Positions 13,457 to 27,170 of a stretch of 64,000 nt of DNA are shown here, piece by piece; within the stretch, counting starts at the first letter, position 1, and each line of letters opens with the position of its first letter. Below the pieces are notes generated by a model. That model was not told the DNA's origin. It did not search any database and saw only the letters and a program-made list of their open reading frames with translations. This DNA comes from Octopus sinensis (Eukaryota), in contig NC_042998.1 of NCBI RefSeq assembly GCF_006345805.1, positions 186,744,001-186,808,000 of the forward strand. Reading direction: 5' to 3'. Made by a program: the position numbers and the translations under genes.

Positions 13457-13529
13457 CGAGCTTGCCAGGATTCGAACCTGGAATCTTCTGATCCGTAGTC
13501 AGACGCGTTATCCATTGCGCCACAAGCCC
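13457..13529 (-). tRNA. tRNA-Arg-ACG: tRNA-Arg (anticodon ACG)
   Basis: 73 nt: GGGCTTGTGGCGCAATGGATAACGCGTCTGACTACGGATCAGAAGATTCCAGGTTCGAATCCTGGCAAGCTCG. Full cloverleaf, A and B boxes intact. Confidence 0.97.
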
Positions 13530-14975
13530 GCTGACAGGAAACGCGATCTTCTTTAAGTACTTTATTAACGACTGCTCTTGTGACTATGATCTCGTTGAAT
13601 TTATGCATGCGTTGATTGTTGTTTATCTGAAGCTTACATATGTTAGAAGTTACTAAGACTATTTCTATCTGAAGAGTGTATTTTTTTTCTTTGTTGATTT
13701 CAATCGCAAAAAATAACTTCAAGCTAGAGGTATATGCCGTTAATGAAACCAGCATCGTGGGACCCAACCTAGGATGCATTTGTTTCAAGTATTTAGTGAA
13801 GGGGAAACGTGGCTGAAGGCAAACGATGAAGCAATGTTAATTGAAATAAACCAGCTTGCCAACTTAGCTGTCACAGAACGCCACTTTTCTTATGAAGAAA
13901 GTAACTCGCTTGAAAAGAATTAGTTTGTGTTTACGCATGCGTATATGTAAAAATTAAACACGAGCCCCCAACATCATATTTTTTTCTTTCATCTAACACC
14001 ACTCCTCCCGAAACAACTGGTATTTATAGCAACAACTAGTAATCTATGACTATTCTGTAAAGACGGAAGTCGAATGATGGTATATATACACCCACCAGTA
14101 TATATAAAATAAACTATTTTTTAAGCCCTAAAAATTATTATAAAGGAACACAAACTTCGATGTAGTTAATCATAAAACAAAGCCACATCAGTCCCGCTAC
14201 CAAAGAAGTAACCAGTTGGATATATTTCTAGAAAGAATAACTATTTCATTCTTTTTTTCTTTTTTTGCTTTCTTTTTCGTTTGTGTTTCTTCTTTCTCAT
14301 TCTTGATACGGAAATATGAGCCGACTGGTTGGTATTTTTAGAAAGAAAAAAAAAAAAACTCTTGCCTTCCTGTCAATAGATATCAGCGATAAGAAGAAAA
14401 AAATCTAATGAAAAGAAATAAAAGGGTGTGGAGAGCCAAGAAAGATACAAGTGAGACAAGTTCTCTAATACACAGGATTTTCAAGCAGGCAAACAGAAAA
14501 TTTCGTTCCCTGTGACTCGTTTTTACAGTTATGTCACCGAATGACCTCGTAGAATGTCTGTCTGACTGGCGAGCTCACTAAACACTCTTTCATTCTATTT
14601 TTCTCTCTCTTTCTCACTCTCTCTCTCTCAAACCCCACCCCTATCTATCTCTTTTCTTTTTTTTTTTATCTTTCTTATTCTAAATCGTTCATAAAATAGT
14701 CGCACAACTAAAATGATAACTAAAACAATATTTGTACAGCCATAAATAAACAATTCTTAACAGTAAGGCCTATTATTAGACACAGAATTTGGGAAGTACA
14801 TGTGTAAGAAAAGCGAAAACAATTATTTAAAAAACAGAAAAATAAAACTTGATTCGTGTTGATTAGCTATTATAAAATATACAATTAAAAATTGCATACC
14901 TACTCACATTACATCTGTATTATTTAGGGTACCTTTATATGACTGTGCGTGCACACACATATAAAAACATACTGC

Positions 14976-14976
<1 letters not shown>

Positions 14977-15036
<60 letters not shown>

Positions 15037-15065
15037 CCTACCTATCTATCTATCTATCTACCTAC

Positions 15066-15116
<51 letters not shown>

Positions 15117-15141
15117 CCTACCTATCTATCTATCTACCTAC

Positions 15142-15237
<96 letters not shown>

Positions 15238-15509
15238 AGATAGATAGATTGTGTGTGTATGGGTATATATATATATTTATCGGTATATATACAAATATAT
15301 ATATAGGTGCATGTATATATATATGTATATAGGTATATGTATATAGACACAGAAAAAAATGTATATATATATATGTGCGTGTGTATAGGTATGTGTATAT
15401 ATATATATGTACACACACACACACACACACACATATATTTATTTATTTATTTACTATATATATATGTATTACTATGTATGTGTGTGTACACATACATACA
15501 TAGTATATG

Positions 15510-15540
<31 letters not shown>

Positions 15541-15588
15541 AGGAATGTGTATATATATGTATACATACATATATATATATTTATTTAC

Positions 15589-15622
<34 letters not shown>

Positions 15623-15751
15623 ATATATTACTATGTCTGTGTGTGTACACATACATATACATACACACATACCTACCTACCTATATACATACATGCCATG
15701 CATACCACATGTATTTAGAATACCTTTCTAAGTGCGTGCATCTATGTAGGT

Positions 15752-15828
<77 letters not shown>
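14977..15828. repeat. (TATC)n, TA/TG-rich spacer and (GATA)n complex
   Basis: (TATC)n at 14977-15237 and (GATA)n at about 15752-15828. Confidence 0.95.
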
Positions 15829-15924
15829 CGTTTGTGGATGAAGTAAATTTTATAATTATCTTCTATATGGAAATTTGTAAATGGGGACAGCAAGTCGGAG
15901 AAAACAACAACAACAACAACAACA

Positions 15925-15959
<35 letters not shown>

Positions 15960-16789
15960 AAAATATCGCTCCTGTTATGTTTTTCCACCGACTCAATAAT
16001 AGTTGGAGTTCGAGAATAAGATCGAGAAAAGGTAGGTATACTTCGAGTAGGGTACATTTTTTTGATGTATCATCAAGATAAGGTTTCAGGTAAACATACA
16101 AAAGTGAATTGTTGTTCGCCTACATACAAGGCGTTGGGTTGTAGACAAAAGTCTCGGAGGTGGGGAATAAGAAATATATGTATGTATGTATTAGTGGCGT
16201 GATATCAAGTTTGACGCGATACTAAGTTTGATCCAGCGACCAGATGGTTGCTGTTTCGAATCTCTTAACTGGTGAAAAACAAAAGACGGGGGCACGTTCA
16301 TGGCTGGAATGCCTTTCACTATTTGTTCGCTCAATAAGAGCGACTCGGGGTTAAATGAAATAACAAGAAACCAACATGCAGTAGCTAGCAGAGGTGAGGA
16401 CGATATGGGCGGTCCGCTGCGGGCGACGCTTTTATGAGGGCGGAACCTTTGAGTCTGTTGTTATAAGTCTACATAGGAGACAGTGGCGGAAAACTCGAGG
16501 GCTAGCCTGGGCGGCACACAGTCTAGCTGCGCCACATAGATACAAGATATTGAGGAACAGTTTCTTACTCAACGCAGTTGTGAGTTCCATCCTTGACTAT
16601 GAATGAATTATACGTTTACTAATTAAATGCCATGCAAACCGAACCAAATTTATGTAGTTTAACGGTGATCACTCATTCAGTTTCTTGTTTTCTTGCTATG
16701 GAATTGGAACAAGAGCTATGGTCTTAATGCTTGCATATTAGACGGGACTCGCAAGACAGCTGCAGGTCCATACAAGAAACTGACAAGAT

Positions 16790-17065
16790 TGTTGTTGTTT
16801 GTTCCTTCATTAGAGCCGGTTTCCCAGTTTCCTTGGCGTATAGGTTCCCCACTTGGACAGGACGCCGGTCCGTCGCAGGTGAGGAAAGAGTGAGAGAAAG
16901 TTGTGGCGAAAGAGTCAGCAGAAGTTCGCCATTACATTCTGCCGGAGCCGCGTGGAGCTTAGGTGTTTTCGCTCATAAACACACACATCACCCGGTCTGA
17001 GATTCGAACCCGCGATCCCTAGACCGCGATTCCGCTACTCTAACCACTAGGCCATGTGCCTCCAC
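16790..17065 (-). mobile_element. tRNA-derived SINE family C with (CAA)n tail
   Basis: Head GTGGAGGCACATGGCCTAGTGGTTAG...GGTTCGAATCTC. TSD TGACAAGAT at 16781-16789 and 17066-17074. Confidence 0.85.
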
Positions 17066-17170
17066 TGACAAGATACTCATCAATTACTACAGTAACTCTG
17101 TTGTTTCCAGTTGTCAGCTATGTTAACCAGTTGCTTTTTCTGTCAGTTTGTGGGACTACTGAGCTAAGAA

Positions 17171-17395
17171 CCGTATTTACTCGTATATAAGTCGCACTAT
17201 ATTATACTTGATTTTAACTGAAAAAACTGGGGTGCGACTTATACATGAGGAAAAGCTGATATTAAGTTTGAATAAGGGGAAAATATGTTGTACCAAGGTT
17301 TAACACTAAATTAGGGTCTGGGGCTTCTACACGAACGTGAATTACACTTGAGTGCGACTGCCACACGAGTTCGACTTATACACAAGTAAATGCAG
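17171..17395. mobile_element. Tc1/mariner-pogo-type MITE
   Basis: TIRs CCGTATTTACTCGTATATAAGTCG and CGACTTATACACAAGTAAATGCAG followed by TA. A second, decayed copy lies at about 36765-36937. Confidence 0.7.
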
Positions 17396-18405
17396 TAAAC
17401 GTTTTCGCCACGGTCATACTCTATTAAAATCTGATTATTGATGGGCCCTAATGTAAAAAAAAAATTGCATCGGAATCACGTTTTCCGAGATTCGATTCTC
17501 TTACTTAGCGGATAGGGCAAGTATCTTCTATGATATCATTGGGTCGACCGAAACCTTGTGAGTTAAAATGGGTTGAAGGAATCTCGCAAATGGACAACAC
17601 CTGTAATTCTAAGTTTCAGCAGATTCTGCCAGAGAATTACGTGTAGAGCACTTACGTCTGTGTAATCAATGTTCAAGTACTTAAATACTTATTCAATAAG
17701 CAGGGAGTTCAGTCAATTGAACGCCTGTATATTCATCGTCGAAACCGATGGAGATTTGCGCCATACTTTATCCTTTAAGTATGTAGTAAGTAATGCCATC
17801 CAGATGCTTAGTTTAACTCAAGTTATGCAATCATTCCTCGCCACCCTCTTGCGTTGAAATTAAATAACAGAATTCAAAACAAAATGAAAATAGTCAAAAA
17901 TGCTTTCTATAACAACAATTGGGACCTTTAATACAACTGTAAAAAGAATGTTCTTGTCGTTTTATCGCTTACTGGAGGAAGCAAATATTCCTTGAAAAGA
18001 GGATTAGAATTAAAAGAAGAAGAAAAAACAGCAAAGTAAACACAACAATCTGGTAAAGTTATTAAAGGAACATTTTGATCCAAAGCCTTTAGTAATTGCT
18101 GAGAGATTCTGGTTTCATAAAAAGTAAATAAAATGGATGAATAGGGATGGAGAAACTATTCGTAAATGTTTGGCATCTCTGAGAAAATGTCGGCTAAAAT
18201 GTTGCCTTAAGTGACATGTGTACTTGTGGACGCAAAAATAAATTTATTGAGAGAAGATTGTTATCTGCAGTACACCATTGGCTCTTGATATAGTAGATGA
18301 AATTTCAATAGCGATTGAAGAGGAAAAATAAAAAAAAAAACAAAAAAAACAATGTAGTAGGATTGAGACGTTGGCTTAATTAATTTGAGTATTAAGTTGT
18401 AAAAC

Positions 18406-21400
18406 AAAATGGGAAATAAAAGAGCAGTTGTTACCAGTTCATCAATTCCGAAAATTCATGCTGTGAATATACAAAGCAGGGACGTGACTCTAAGGACTGT
18501 TTTTACACATAGTGAATGCAAAATTGTATATAGAAAGAAAAATCTGGAATGCCCAAATCTAAGAAAGCTAAACGGCTATATAACGGCAGATGTAAACACT
18601 GTTCAGAAAACAAATTGTCCGCTGAAAGTATGTTACAAAGCCAGCGGTTTCGTTTAGGCTTAAAGGCCTGGGTGATTCTGAGTGAAATACCGGTATCTCA
18701 GAACCCGGTGCGCCAATGAATCAAATATGTTGAACACATTGTTGTAAAAGGGAGAAGTTATTCTCCTATGACGTATACTGCAGCGACCAGCATATTTTGC
18801 GCCCGAACCTGCTTGGACGTGCAAATGATCGCTTCATATGTGCACAGTGCAAATAATATCTCAAACAGCTACATAGACTCTTCTGCTATTCACAATATCT
18901 ATGGAATTGTCCCAATAGAAATGCCACGTAATTTCTGCCTTTTTTTTTCCCTTTGTCCCACGAGCACCATAAGAGAGAAGTACCGACTTTGTAATTTAGG
19001 AGTCAATTACTATATAGTATGCCTTCGAGGATACGTTGATATGAAGGAAATGACCCACGGATGTCCACGTGATCGGGAACCATATTAGAACCTCTAAAAT
19101 ATTCGCATGAAGACAAGGAAATATTGGTTTCAAGGACAGTATCATTAGTGTGAGCATAGCATATATGTTGGGGCGGGGCATTCCAAAACAATAGAGGAAG
19201 GGCATAATTATGCATAATTTGTGAATTACTAAAAGAATAATGCAAGAAAATTAACATTTCTTTTTAAATTCCTTTGCACAGTTTACTACACTATGACGTT
19301 TTCGATGTCTTTAGTTGATAGAAATCTAAACTTCTTGTTAGGTTCGGCGGTCACGGCTTCAGCCCAGCCCTTGACTTAGCATTGACAGCCTACCTTTCTT
19401 CTATCACCTGCAACTGTACACTTATCCAGATGGTTTTCTGTAACACACTTGAACCTAACGTGAACCACCTGTACGAGACAAGTCCGTACTCTCTGGGTTC
19501 ACGATGACTTCTGTGTCCCCTAGAATGCAATTAATCACGACTGCGACAAATCGGTATTGGAATTCAATCATGTCTTGACTAACACCGTCTCGTCTGCTTG
19601 AAGACGGCCTCGCAACCTAACGGTTGCGCCTGGCCTGGCAATATACGGTATCCTCTGTCGATCAGCGCTCTTCTCGATGAAAAATACCCACACATCAGAG
19701 TGCTCTGGTCAGCTACATAAATGTCGTTGTGGAGTTAGCGTCGTCGAGTTCGGTCTCTCGCTTTCACTTGTTGCAATGCAGGACGTTTTTTTTTTTTTCG
19801 CTACACTACATTAAACAATGTTTTTTTTTAAAGGGAGTCTCGATCCTAGTGTATCCGTTGTAACGAGTTGTAGACATTCAGATGAGATAAGCCTTTTCCC
19901 GTTCCATGGAAGGGAAGCAAGTCGTTCATCTGCAATGTTACATATCATGAAACATCTTCTAGTGATAACCTTATCGCTCTGGTTAATAAAACCAGGAGCT
20001 ACCGATTACAGTTGAGACTTCTGGTATTCTCGGTTCTCAGACCACTGCTCTCTTTGGAATTGAAGACGTCATACCTTCATCCCAGTTCATCGCGATAAAA
20101 AAAAATTGTTTGAGGCGGAATAGCTGACGTAGAGGATATCGTTAGTTGAACTTCGCGGCAACTCTTTTACCATTTTGTTCGTGCAGTGTAGATAAGCTGT
20201 TCAAAAGCGAGTGTGCAGTCTGTTTTGCTGTATGCGTATATTACAGAATATACTGGAAAACTACAAAAGGAACAAAGCCGGAAAAAGTAGTCTTGAGAGC
20301 AAAGAAAGTTCTGAAGTGAAATTACTTATAATTTGTAACTTCAGACAAGCTGTTAACACACTACAATCCAAGTACTACACTTAGCTACGACGTCTCTCCT
20401 ATCAGTTTAATTACGATCTTAACACATGTCATAGAAAGCTGAAAGAAGAGGTCTAAAATTTCTCTGAAAGAAAGTGTGTGCCAAGTAGGTAAGAGGAACT
20501 GCTTACAAGAAAGTATAGGCTTATAACTAATCATAAGCCAGTGGTGTACATCGTCAACCCTGGAAAGAAAGGTACAGCTACTATCTTCAGTCATGAAAAT
20601 GCGGAGATATTTTTTATTTTATTTATTTGTTTTTTTAGTGGGTGGGGGTTACATTTTTTATTGCTTAGTCAGAGAAACAAGTGGATATGATCCCTTCCGG
20701 GTCTTATAAGAAGGGTAGGGAAATGAAGGCTATCATTCGAAGATCTAATATTCTAAGACACTTTACAGTTAGTTTTATTCTACTAAACAATTGTTTCGTT
20801 CTATATATCCCATAGGTTTTCAGGTATTTTAAGTGACACTAAAAATAAAGATAGAGAATATAATATTTCGTAATAGATTAGTTCATATACACAATTTCTT
20901 ATGAAAATATCCGGTTGAAAACTCTTGGAGAGGAATATTATAATTGACGATGTCCAGCTTTTATGTCTATCTCTACTTCTGTCAGACAGTACCATTTTAT
21001 AACTTTCTCCTACTGAAAATAACAAAAAAAAAATGGCAGTTTAAAAAAAATAAAAGCTAGAAATACACTATTCTCAACCAACTCTGATCTCTTATTTATA
21101 ATAATAATACTTCTATAAACATTGCACATGAATGAAACATAACTTCACGGCTCTATAACTTATCTGATTAATATTATCTGCGATATTGCTTTCATTTCTT
21201 TCTCTTTTGCCTTTTGAATGAAGAAGAAAAAGACAAGATAAAAAAGCGTTTCATTCTTGGCAGATGCAGTGCAAAGTGTAATCTACACAACCGAGTACGT
21301 AATGTGATTTATCGTTACATATTAAACTAGTACAGAAGATAGCGCGGTAAGGTGTGAGAGTCGAAGTATGCAGTTGGAATGAATGAAAAAATATCTTTTA

Positions 21401-22519
21401 GCAAACAGCTGTGGTAAATGTATAACTAACAGGCAAAGACTAACTAACTACAGTAGTACAACGATGCAAGTAAGTTTATATTTGTGGCTTGCTCCTTTCT
21501 AGGGGGATAACTTCTCCCTTTTACGACAACAATGTGTTCAGCATACTTGGTTCATTGGGCGCACCGGGTTCTGAGATACCGGTATTTCACTCAGAATCAC
21601 CCAGACCTTTAAGCCTAAACGAAACCGCTGGCATACTATATAGTAGGTGACTCTTGTATTACAAAGTTGATACTTCTCTCTTATGCTGCTCGTGGGACAA
21701 AAGAAAAAATACGTAGCATTTTTATTTGGACAATTCCATAGATATTGTGAATAGCAGAAGAGTCTATGTAGCTGTTTGAGATATCATTATTTGTACTGTG
21801 CACAGAGAAATATGAAGCGATCATTTGCACGTCCAGGCAGATTCGGGCGCAAAATATGCTGGTCGCTGCAGTATACGTCGTAGGAGGATAACTTCTCTCT
21901 TTTACGACAACAATGTGTTCAACATACTTGGTTCATTGGCGCACCGGGTTCTGAGACACCGGTATTTCACTCAGAATCACCCAGACCTTTAAGCCTAAAC
22001 GAAACCGCTGGCTTTGTAACATGCTTTCAGCGGACAATTTGTTTTCTGAACAGTGTTTACATCTGCTGTTATATATATTTCTTTACTACCCACAAGAGGC
22101 TAAACACAGAGGGGGCAAACAAGGACAGACAAACGGATTAAGTCGATTACATCGACCCCAGTGCGTAACTGGTATTTAATTTATCGACCCCGAAAGGATG
22201 AAAGGCAAAGTCGACCTCGGCGGAATTTGAACTCAAATCGCAGCGGCGGACGAAATACCGCAAAGCACTTCGCCCGGCGTGCTAACGTTTCTGCCAGCTC
22301 GCCGCCTTATCTGCTGTTATATAGCCGTTTAGCTTCCTTAGATTTGGGCATTCCAGATTTTTCTTTCTATAAGCAAGCCGTTGACTTCTCTTAATACAAT
22401 TTTGCCTTTACTATGTGTAAAAACAGTCCTTAGAGTCACGTCCCTGCTTTGTATATTCACAGCATGAATTTTCGGAATTGATGAACTTGTAACTACTGCT
22501 CTTTATTTCTCAATTTGCC
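18406..22519. repeat. About 580-bp long inverted repeat pair enclosing about 2.7 kb
   Basis: 18406-18995 is the reverse complement of 21658-22519 once a SINE insertion is removed. A third partial copy lies at 21500-21632. Confidence 0.9.
22076..22308 (-). mobile_element. SINE family B inserted in the right inverted-repeat arm
   Basis: 15-bp TSD ATCTGCTGTTATATA at 22061-22075 and 22309-22323. The empty site is visible in the left arm near 18580-18595. Confidence 0.92.
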
Positions 22520-23658
22520 AAAAGAAAAAAAAATTAACTGAGAAAAGCTGGGGAAAAAGAATCGGTAGTTTCAACCCCCACCTTTCATACACATTCGTTT
22601 CTTGTTCTGGAAAAAGTCACTATCATGTGTGCAAATAACTGTATCTGTTATATTATAATAAACTTTACTAATTTTCATATTGCATTTCAAATTTTATTAT
22701 TTAGCAGATAACACGATACCTTCAGCTTTCGGAATAAGACGTTTGGGCGCGGCTGTATGGGCGCTGGAAATTCGGCACTACTAACTGGACATGGAAACTG
22801 TTTTGGCGACTGTAGCTTTTGGCACTGGAGGAAAATACAAATAAATATGTGTGCACAGAAATAGACACACAGATTGAGAGTGAGTGAGAGAGGGGGGAGA
22901 AAGAGAGGGAGAGATGGAGAGAGAGGGGAGAAAAAGAGTGAACAAGAGAATCATTAAAACGTCTGATGTCAAATGAGTCCGTTGGATCAGTGACGTCAAA
23001 TAGGCGTGATTAAAACGACTGTGCCAAACATACCCTTCAAATTTGACATTGCTTGGAGGACAGAATCGTCACCACTTCGTTCAGATGGGAAAAAAGTGGT
23101 TCGGCAGAATCAAGATTTTGGTATTGATACAAGTAAATTTGGTGATACTATTGCGCAAAGCCATAACCAAAGTGTTAAAATAAAACCTGACCTCGTAAAT
23201 AGGCAAAAGATAGAAGTTAACAGTGAGTTAGTACTTTTTAAAAATATTAGATTCCACAGAGGAAGAAAGAATGTTAAAGAGCGTACATTTTGGGATAGCT
23301 TGGTGTCTGATAAGGTTGGTTTTGTACAAAGTTATCTGTGGTACTTGCCTTTATGGAATTTAAGGAGCGACGAATTTTTAATTCTATTTACTCGAGCAGG
23401 AAACGGCGAGTTTGTATTCATGGAGCTTAATGATAAATGCTACTAAGTATGGAATTAAATGCAGAGTGAGACAGTATTAGTTTCGTTAAAGATATAAAAT
23501 TGGCACACGGTGTTTGGGATTGGTGACGAGTTGTAAACAAAAACAGGCATTAAATTGGCTTCGTTTAGCAGAGCATAATTTTAAGAAATATATCTAAAAA
23601 AAAAAAATGTTTTCAGAGACGTTGTTTTGGCAATAACTGAAACGATATTAAATGCACC

Positions 23659-24237
23659 AAGGCGGCGAGCTGGCAGAAACGTTAGCACGCCGGGCGAAAT
23701 GCGTAGCCGTATTTCGTCTGCCGTTACGTTCTGAGTTCAAATTCCGCCGAGGTCGACTTTGCCTTTCATCCTTCCGGGGTCGATAAATTAAGTACCAGTT
23801 ATGCACCGGGGTCGATGTAATCGACTTAATCCGTTTGTCTGTCCTTGTTTGTCCCCTCTATGTTTAACCCCTTGTGGGCAATAAACAGATATTAAATGCA
23901 GCAAGGCGGCGAGCTGGCAGAAACGTTAGCACGCCGGGCGAAATGCGTAGCCGTATTTCGTCTGCTGTTACGTTCTGAGTTCAAATTCCGCCGAGGTCGA
24001 CTTTGCTTTTCATCCTTTCGGGGTTTGTCCTTTCTGTGGGTAGTAAAGAAATAGGTATTTTGTCTGCCGCTACGTTCTGAGTTCAAATTCCGCCGAGGTC
24101 GACTTTGCCTTTCATCCTTTCGGGGTCGATTAAATAAGTACCAGTTACGCACTGGGGTCGATATAATCGACTTAATCCGTTTGTCTGTCCTTGTTTGTCC
24201 TCTCTGTGTTTAGCCCCTTGTGGGCAGTAAAGAAATA
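23659..24237 (+). mobile_element. SINE family B tandem cluster
   Basis: Two headed copies plus an internal headless repeat. The flanking motif GATATTAAATG(C/T)A occurs three times. Confidence 0.9.
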
Positions 24238-24779
24238 GATATTAAATGTACTAAGATACCAGTTTACATTCTGTTTCATATTACTGCTTGTGTGTATTTG
24301 TTTGTACCCGCACGCATCTGCCCGTGTGTGATGCGCTGTGTTTATAAATATATGTATATATCAATATATTGTAAGCATAAGCATTTGTGCTGTTCTTCAC
24401 TTTTAGCACCATTCGTTCTTTGTATTGTAAGTGAACGCCATTTTAAAAATTATCAAATTTTCAACATCTCTAACGCAATAATTTTTTGGTGGGGCGGGGG
24501 AACTACCAAAGTTTTATTTATTGTAATTACTTTTATTTATTATAATTATTTATTATAATAGAGTCAGTGACGAAAAAATATTAAAAAATGGAAAAAAAAA
24601 GACATCAATTCAATACCTCAGTGCCTCAACTGGTCGCACACCACAAGATTCAACGGAACCTACTGAAGCAATTAGTTGCGTATTTACTGATTTCCTTGCC
24701 ATGAATGTTCTCAGTTTTCAAACTTAGACTGGTTTCTTGTTGTTTGATTGAGATTTCATTTCCGTGCTAGTTTCCTTCT

Positions 24780-24896
24780 TTAGAAACTCGAAGAGAAGCT
24801 CTTGTCTTGTAGCTTCGCGTTTTTCAATTTCTGTTTTGCTTTTCCAAGAATGGAATTCCAGCGCGTTCGTATTTGCTTGCTGCGCCGAAAAATAGC
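24780..24896 (-). CDS. Candidate terminal coding exon of an unidentified host gene
   Basis: Acceptor TTTTTAG, then AIFRRSKQIRTRWNSILGKAKQKLKNAKLQDKSFSSSF* in unique sequence. No homology recognised. Confidence 0.3.
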   Translation of the reverse strand, partial: AIFRRSKQIRTRWNSILGKAKQKLKNAKLQDKSFSSSF

Positions 24897-24939
24897 CTAA
24901 AAATCTTAACCCAAAGCAATAACAAAAACGAAAACAATG

Positions 24940-25177
24940 TTGTCTTCGTCGTCGTCGTCGTCGTCGTTGTCGTCCTTCTCCTCCTCCTCCTCCTCCACAT
25001 CCTCCTCCTCTCCCCTCCTCCTCCTCTCCTCCCCCTCATCATCATCTTCAACATCATCATCAGCATCATCACCACCACCACCATCATCATCATCATCGTC
25101 ATCGTCATCGTCATCGTCATCCTCCACCTCATCATCATCATCATCATCATCAACATCAACATCATCAACATCATCAA

Positions 25178-25219
<42 letters not shown>

Positions 25220-25220
25220 T

Positions 25221-25267
<47 letters not shown>

Positions 25268-25284
25268 TATCATCAACATCATCA

Positions 25285-25317
<33 letters not shown>

Positions 25318-25347
25318 TATCATCATCATCATCATCATCATCATCAA

Positions 25348-25383
<36 letters not shown>

Positions 25384-25401
25384 ATCATCATCATCATCAT
25401 C

Positions 25402-25479
<78 letters not shown>

Positions 25480-25505
25480 TATCATCATCATCATCATCAT
25501 CACCA
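24940..25505. repeat. Compound trinucleotide repeat (GTC)n(CTC)n(CAT)n
   Basis: Visible directly; explains the poly-I/S/H/M/D ORFs. Confidence 0.97.
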
Positions 25506-26019
25506 CAAACCTTATACTACTTTTTAAATTTGTTAAAGGATTACATCTGCAACTTTCCTAAACACTGCGAAATAGCAAAATTTGACAGCTTAAATGCAAC
25601 CGAATTAGTTTGGGGGCTTATTTTACCAAAAAATAAGAAATCATTGAATAATGTATTCATTCAATAAGACAAACATCTGAAATTAAAGACTTTGATCAAA
25701 CGTACACCAAACAAATTACTGTGTGGACCGTTTCGCGAATATTTGTTTTCTTTTTTTATCAGTTTAGAGTGAATCTCCCGGAACTTTGCATTCTAAGGTG
25801 ACCGCTTAGGTTCCCTTGTGGTCGAACCGGCACTGTGTGTGTGTGTGCCTGATATACACAACTCAAACGTGCACACGCATGCAGGCACACACACACACAG
25901 AGGTAATAGACAGAAGAAAGAATATTCAATGCCAAAGGTAGTGTGTATGATTTATTAAGTCATCCAGAATAAGAGTTCGCTCATATATATATCCTGGCTT
26001 TCGTGAGTCACAAAATTTA

Positions 26020-26780
26020 TGTTTTGGACAAAATTTATGTTTTGGACAAGAGTAGAAAGAGGATGGAGTTTAATGAGTGTTTGGGAGGTAGTTGACTTGG
26101 AGAAAACAAGTCTAAGATTGAATCTCGAAGAAAAAGAAGCTCTCCTTAAGGAGATAAGTAAATGATTATTTACAGAGCTAGTAGAACCCCGTCCCCAAGA
26201 AAAAATAGAAAACAAGAAAATGTCGAAAAGAAAGTAAAATTTTGAAGGAAAGAAGTTCCGTTTAATGTTTATTTAAAAAGACAAAAGAGATAAAAGATGA
26301 CAAAGACAGCTGGCTTTGGTTGAAGAAAGGAGTATTGAAGATAGATATCGAGAGAATGATTTCCGCAGATGAATGACAGATAAACAGGGCTGTTCCCCAA
26401 AATGCAAAATTTGTGATGATTCAGATGAGCCTCTAGGTCACACTGTATCGGAATGTCTACAGTTAGCTCAAAATGAATGAAGAAAATATAGGTACGATAA
26501 TTTTGCAGTAATGATTCAGCAAAATCTTGCAAGCAATTCTGTGTTGCACTCACAAAAAAGAACTACGACCATGTAGGAGGGCAAATGCAAGATCTCCAAA
26601 ATTTTGAATTAAGGTTTTATGAGACATTCTTACACAAACTGAGCTGTGAATAGGACAAAACAGACGAGGTATTGTGGCCGTTGGTAATAAGAAAATGTCT
26701 CTTGTAATTGACGTGGTATATACACATTTGATACCAAAATCAAGAAGAAAACATGGAATATTATACCAACTTGAAGTATG
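26020..26780 (+). mobile_element. Highly degenerate R4/Dong LINE 3' fragment
   Basis: Remnants SWLWLKKGVLK, PKCKIC, VSECLQLAQNE and LVIDV, with many stops. Confidence 0.65.
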
Positions 26781-26979
26781 AAACAGAGAAGTTTTTTTTT
26801 TATAGTGTCTTCCTGTACCTTCTCTGATGTGTTAAGGAAAACTGTTTTGCCATTCTTTAAGAGCAATTTCGCATCACTAATATTTCTGTCAATTCAACCC
26901 TTTTCTATTTTCCAACAGGCTTGTGCGAAACCGTTCTCATTCTGCCCAGAAATAAGAACGGCTGATGTTTTATTAATTC

Positions 26980-27138
26980 TGGTGGTGGTGGTGGTGGCAG
27001 TGATTGTGGTGGTGGTGGTGGTGGTGGTGTTGTTGTTGTTGTTGGTGTTGGTGTTGGTGGGGACGGTAATAGAAGTCGTACTTGATTCATTTTAAAGTAT
27101 ATCCCGCTCGTTGCTGCTGCTGCTTCTGTTGCTGTTGC

Positions 27139-27170
<32 letters not shown>

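Noticed and set aside
19330-19790. Possible decayed LINE endonuclease sequence on the minus strand
   Set aside because: No unambiguous catalytic motif could be read; needs BLASTX.
23006-23446. 146-aa ORF
   Set aside because: Non-ATG start, no recognisable domain and no splice support.
23659-24237. CRISPR-like recurring repeats
   Set aside because: They are tandem SINE units in eukaryotic DNA, with no spacer architecture or cas genes.
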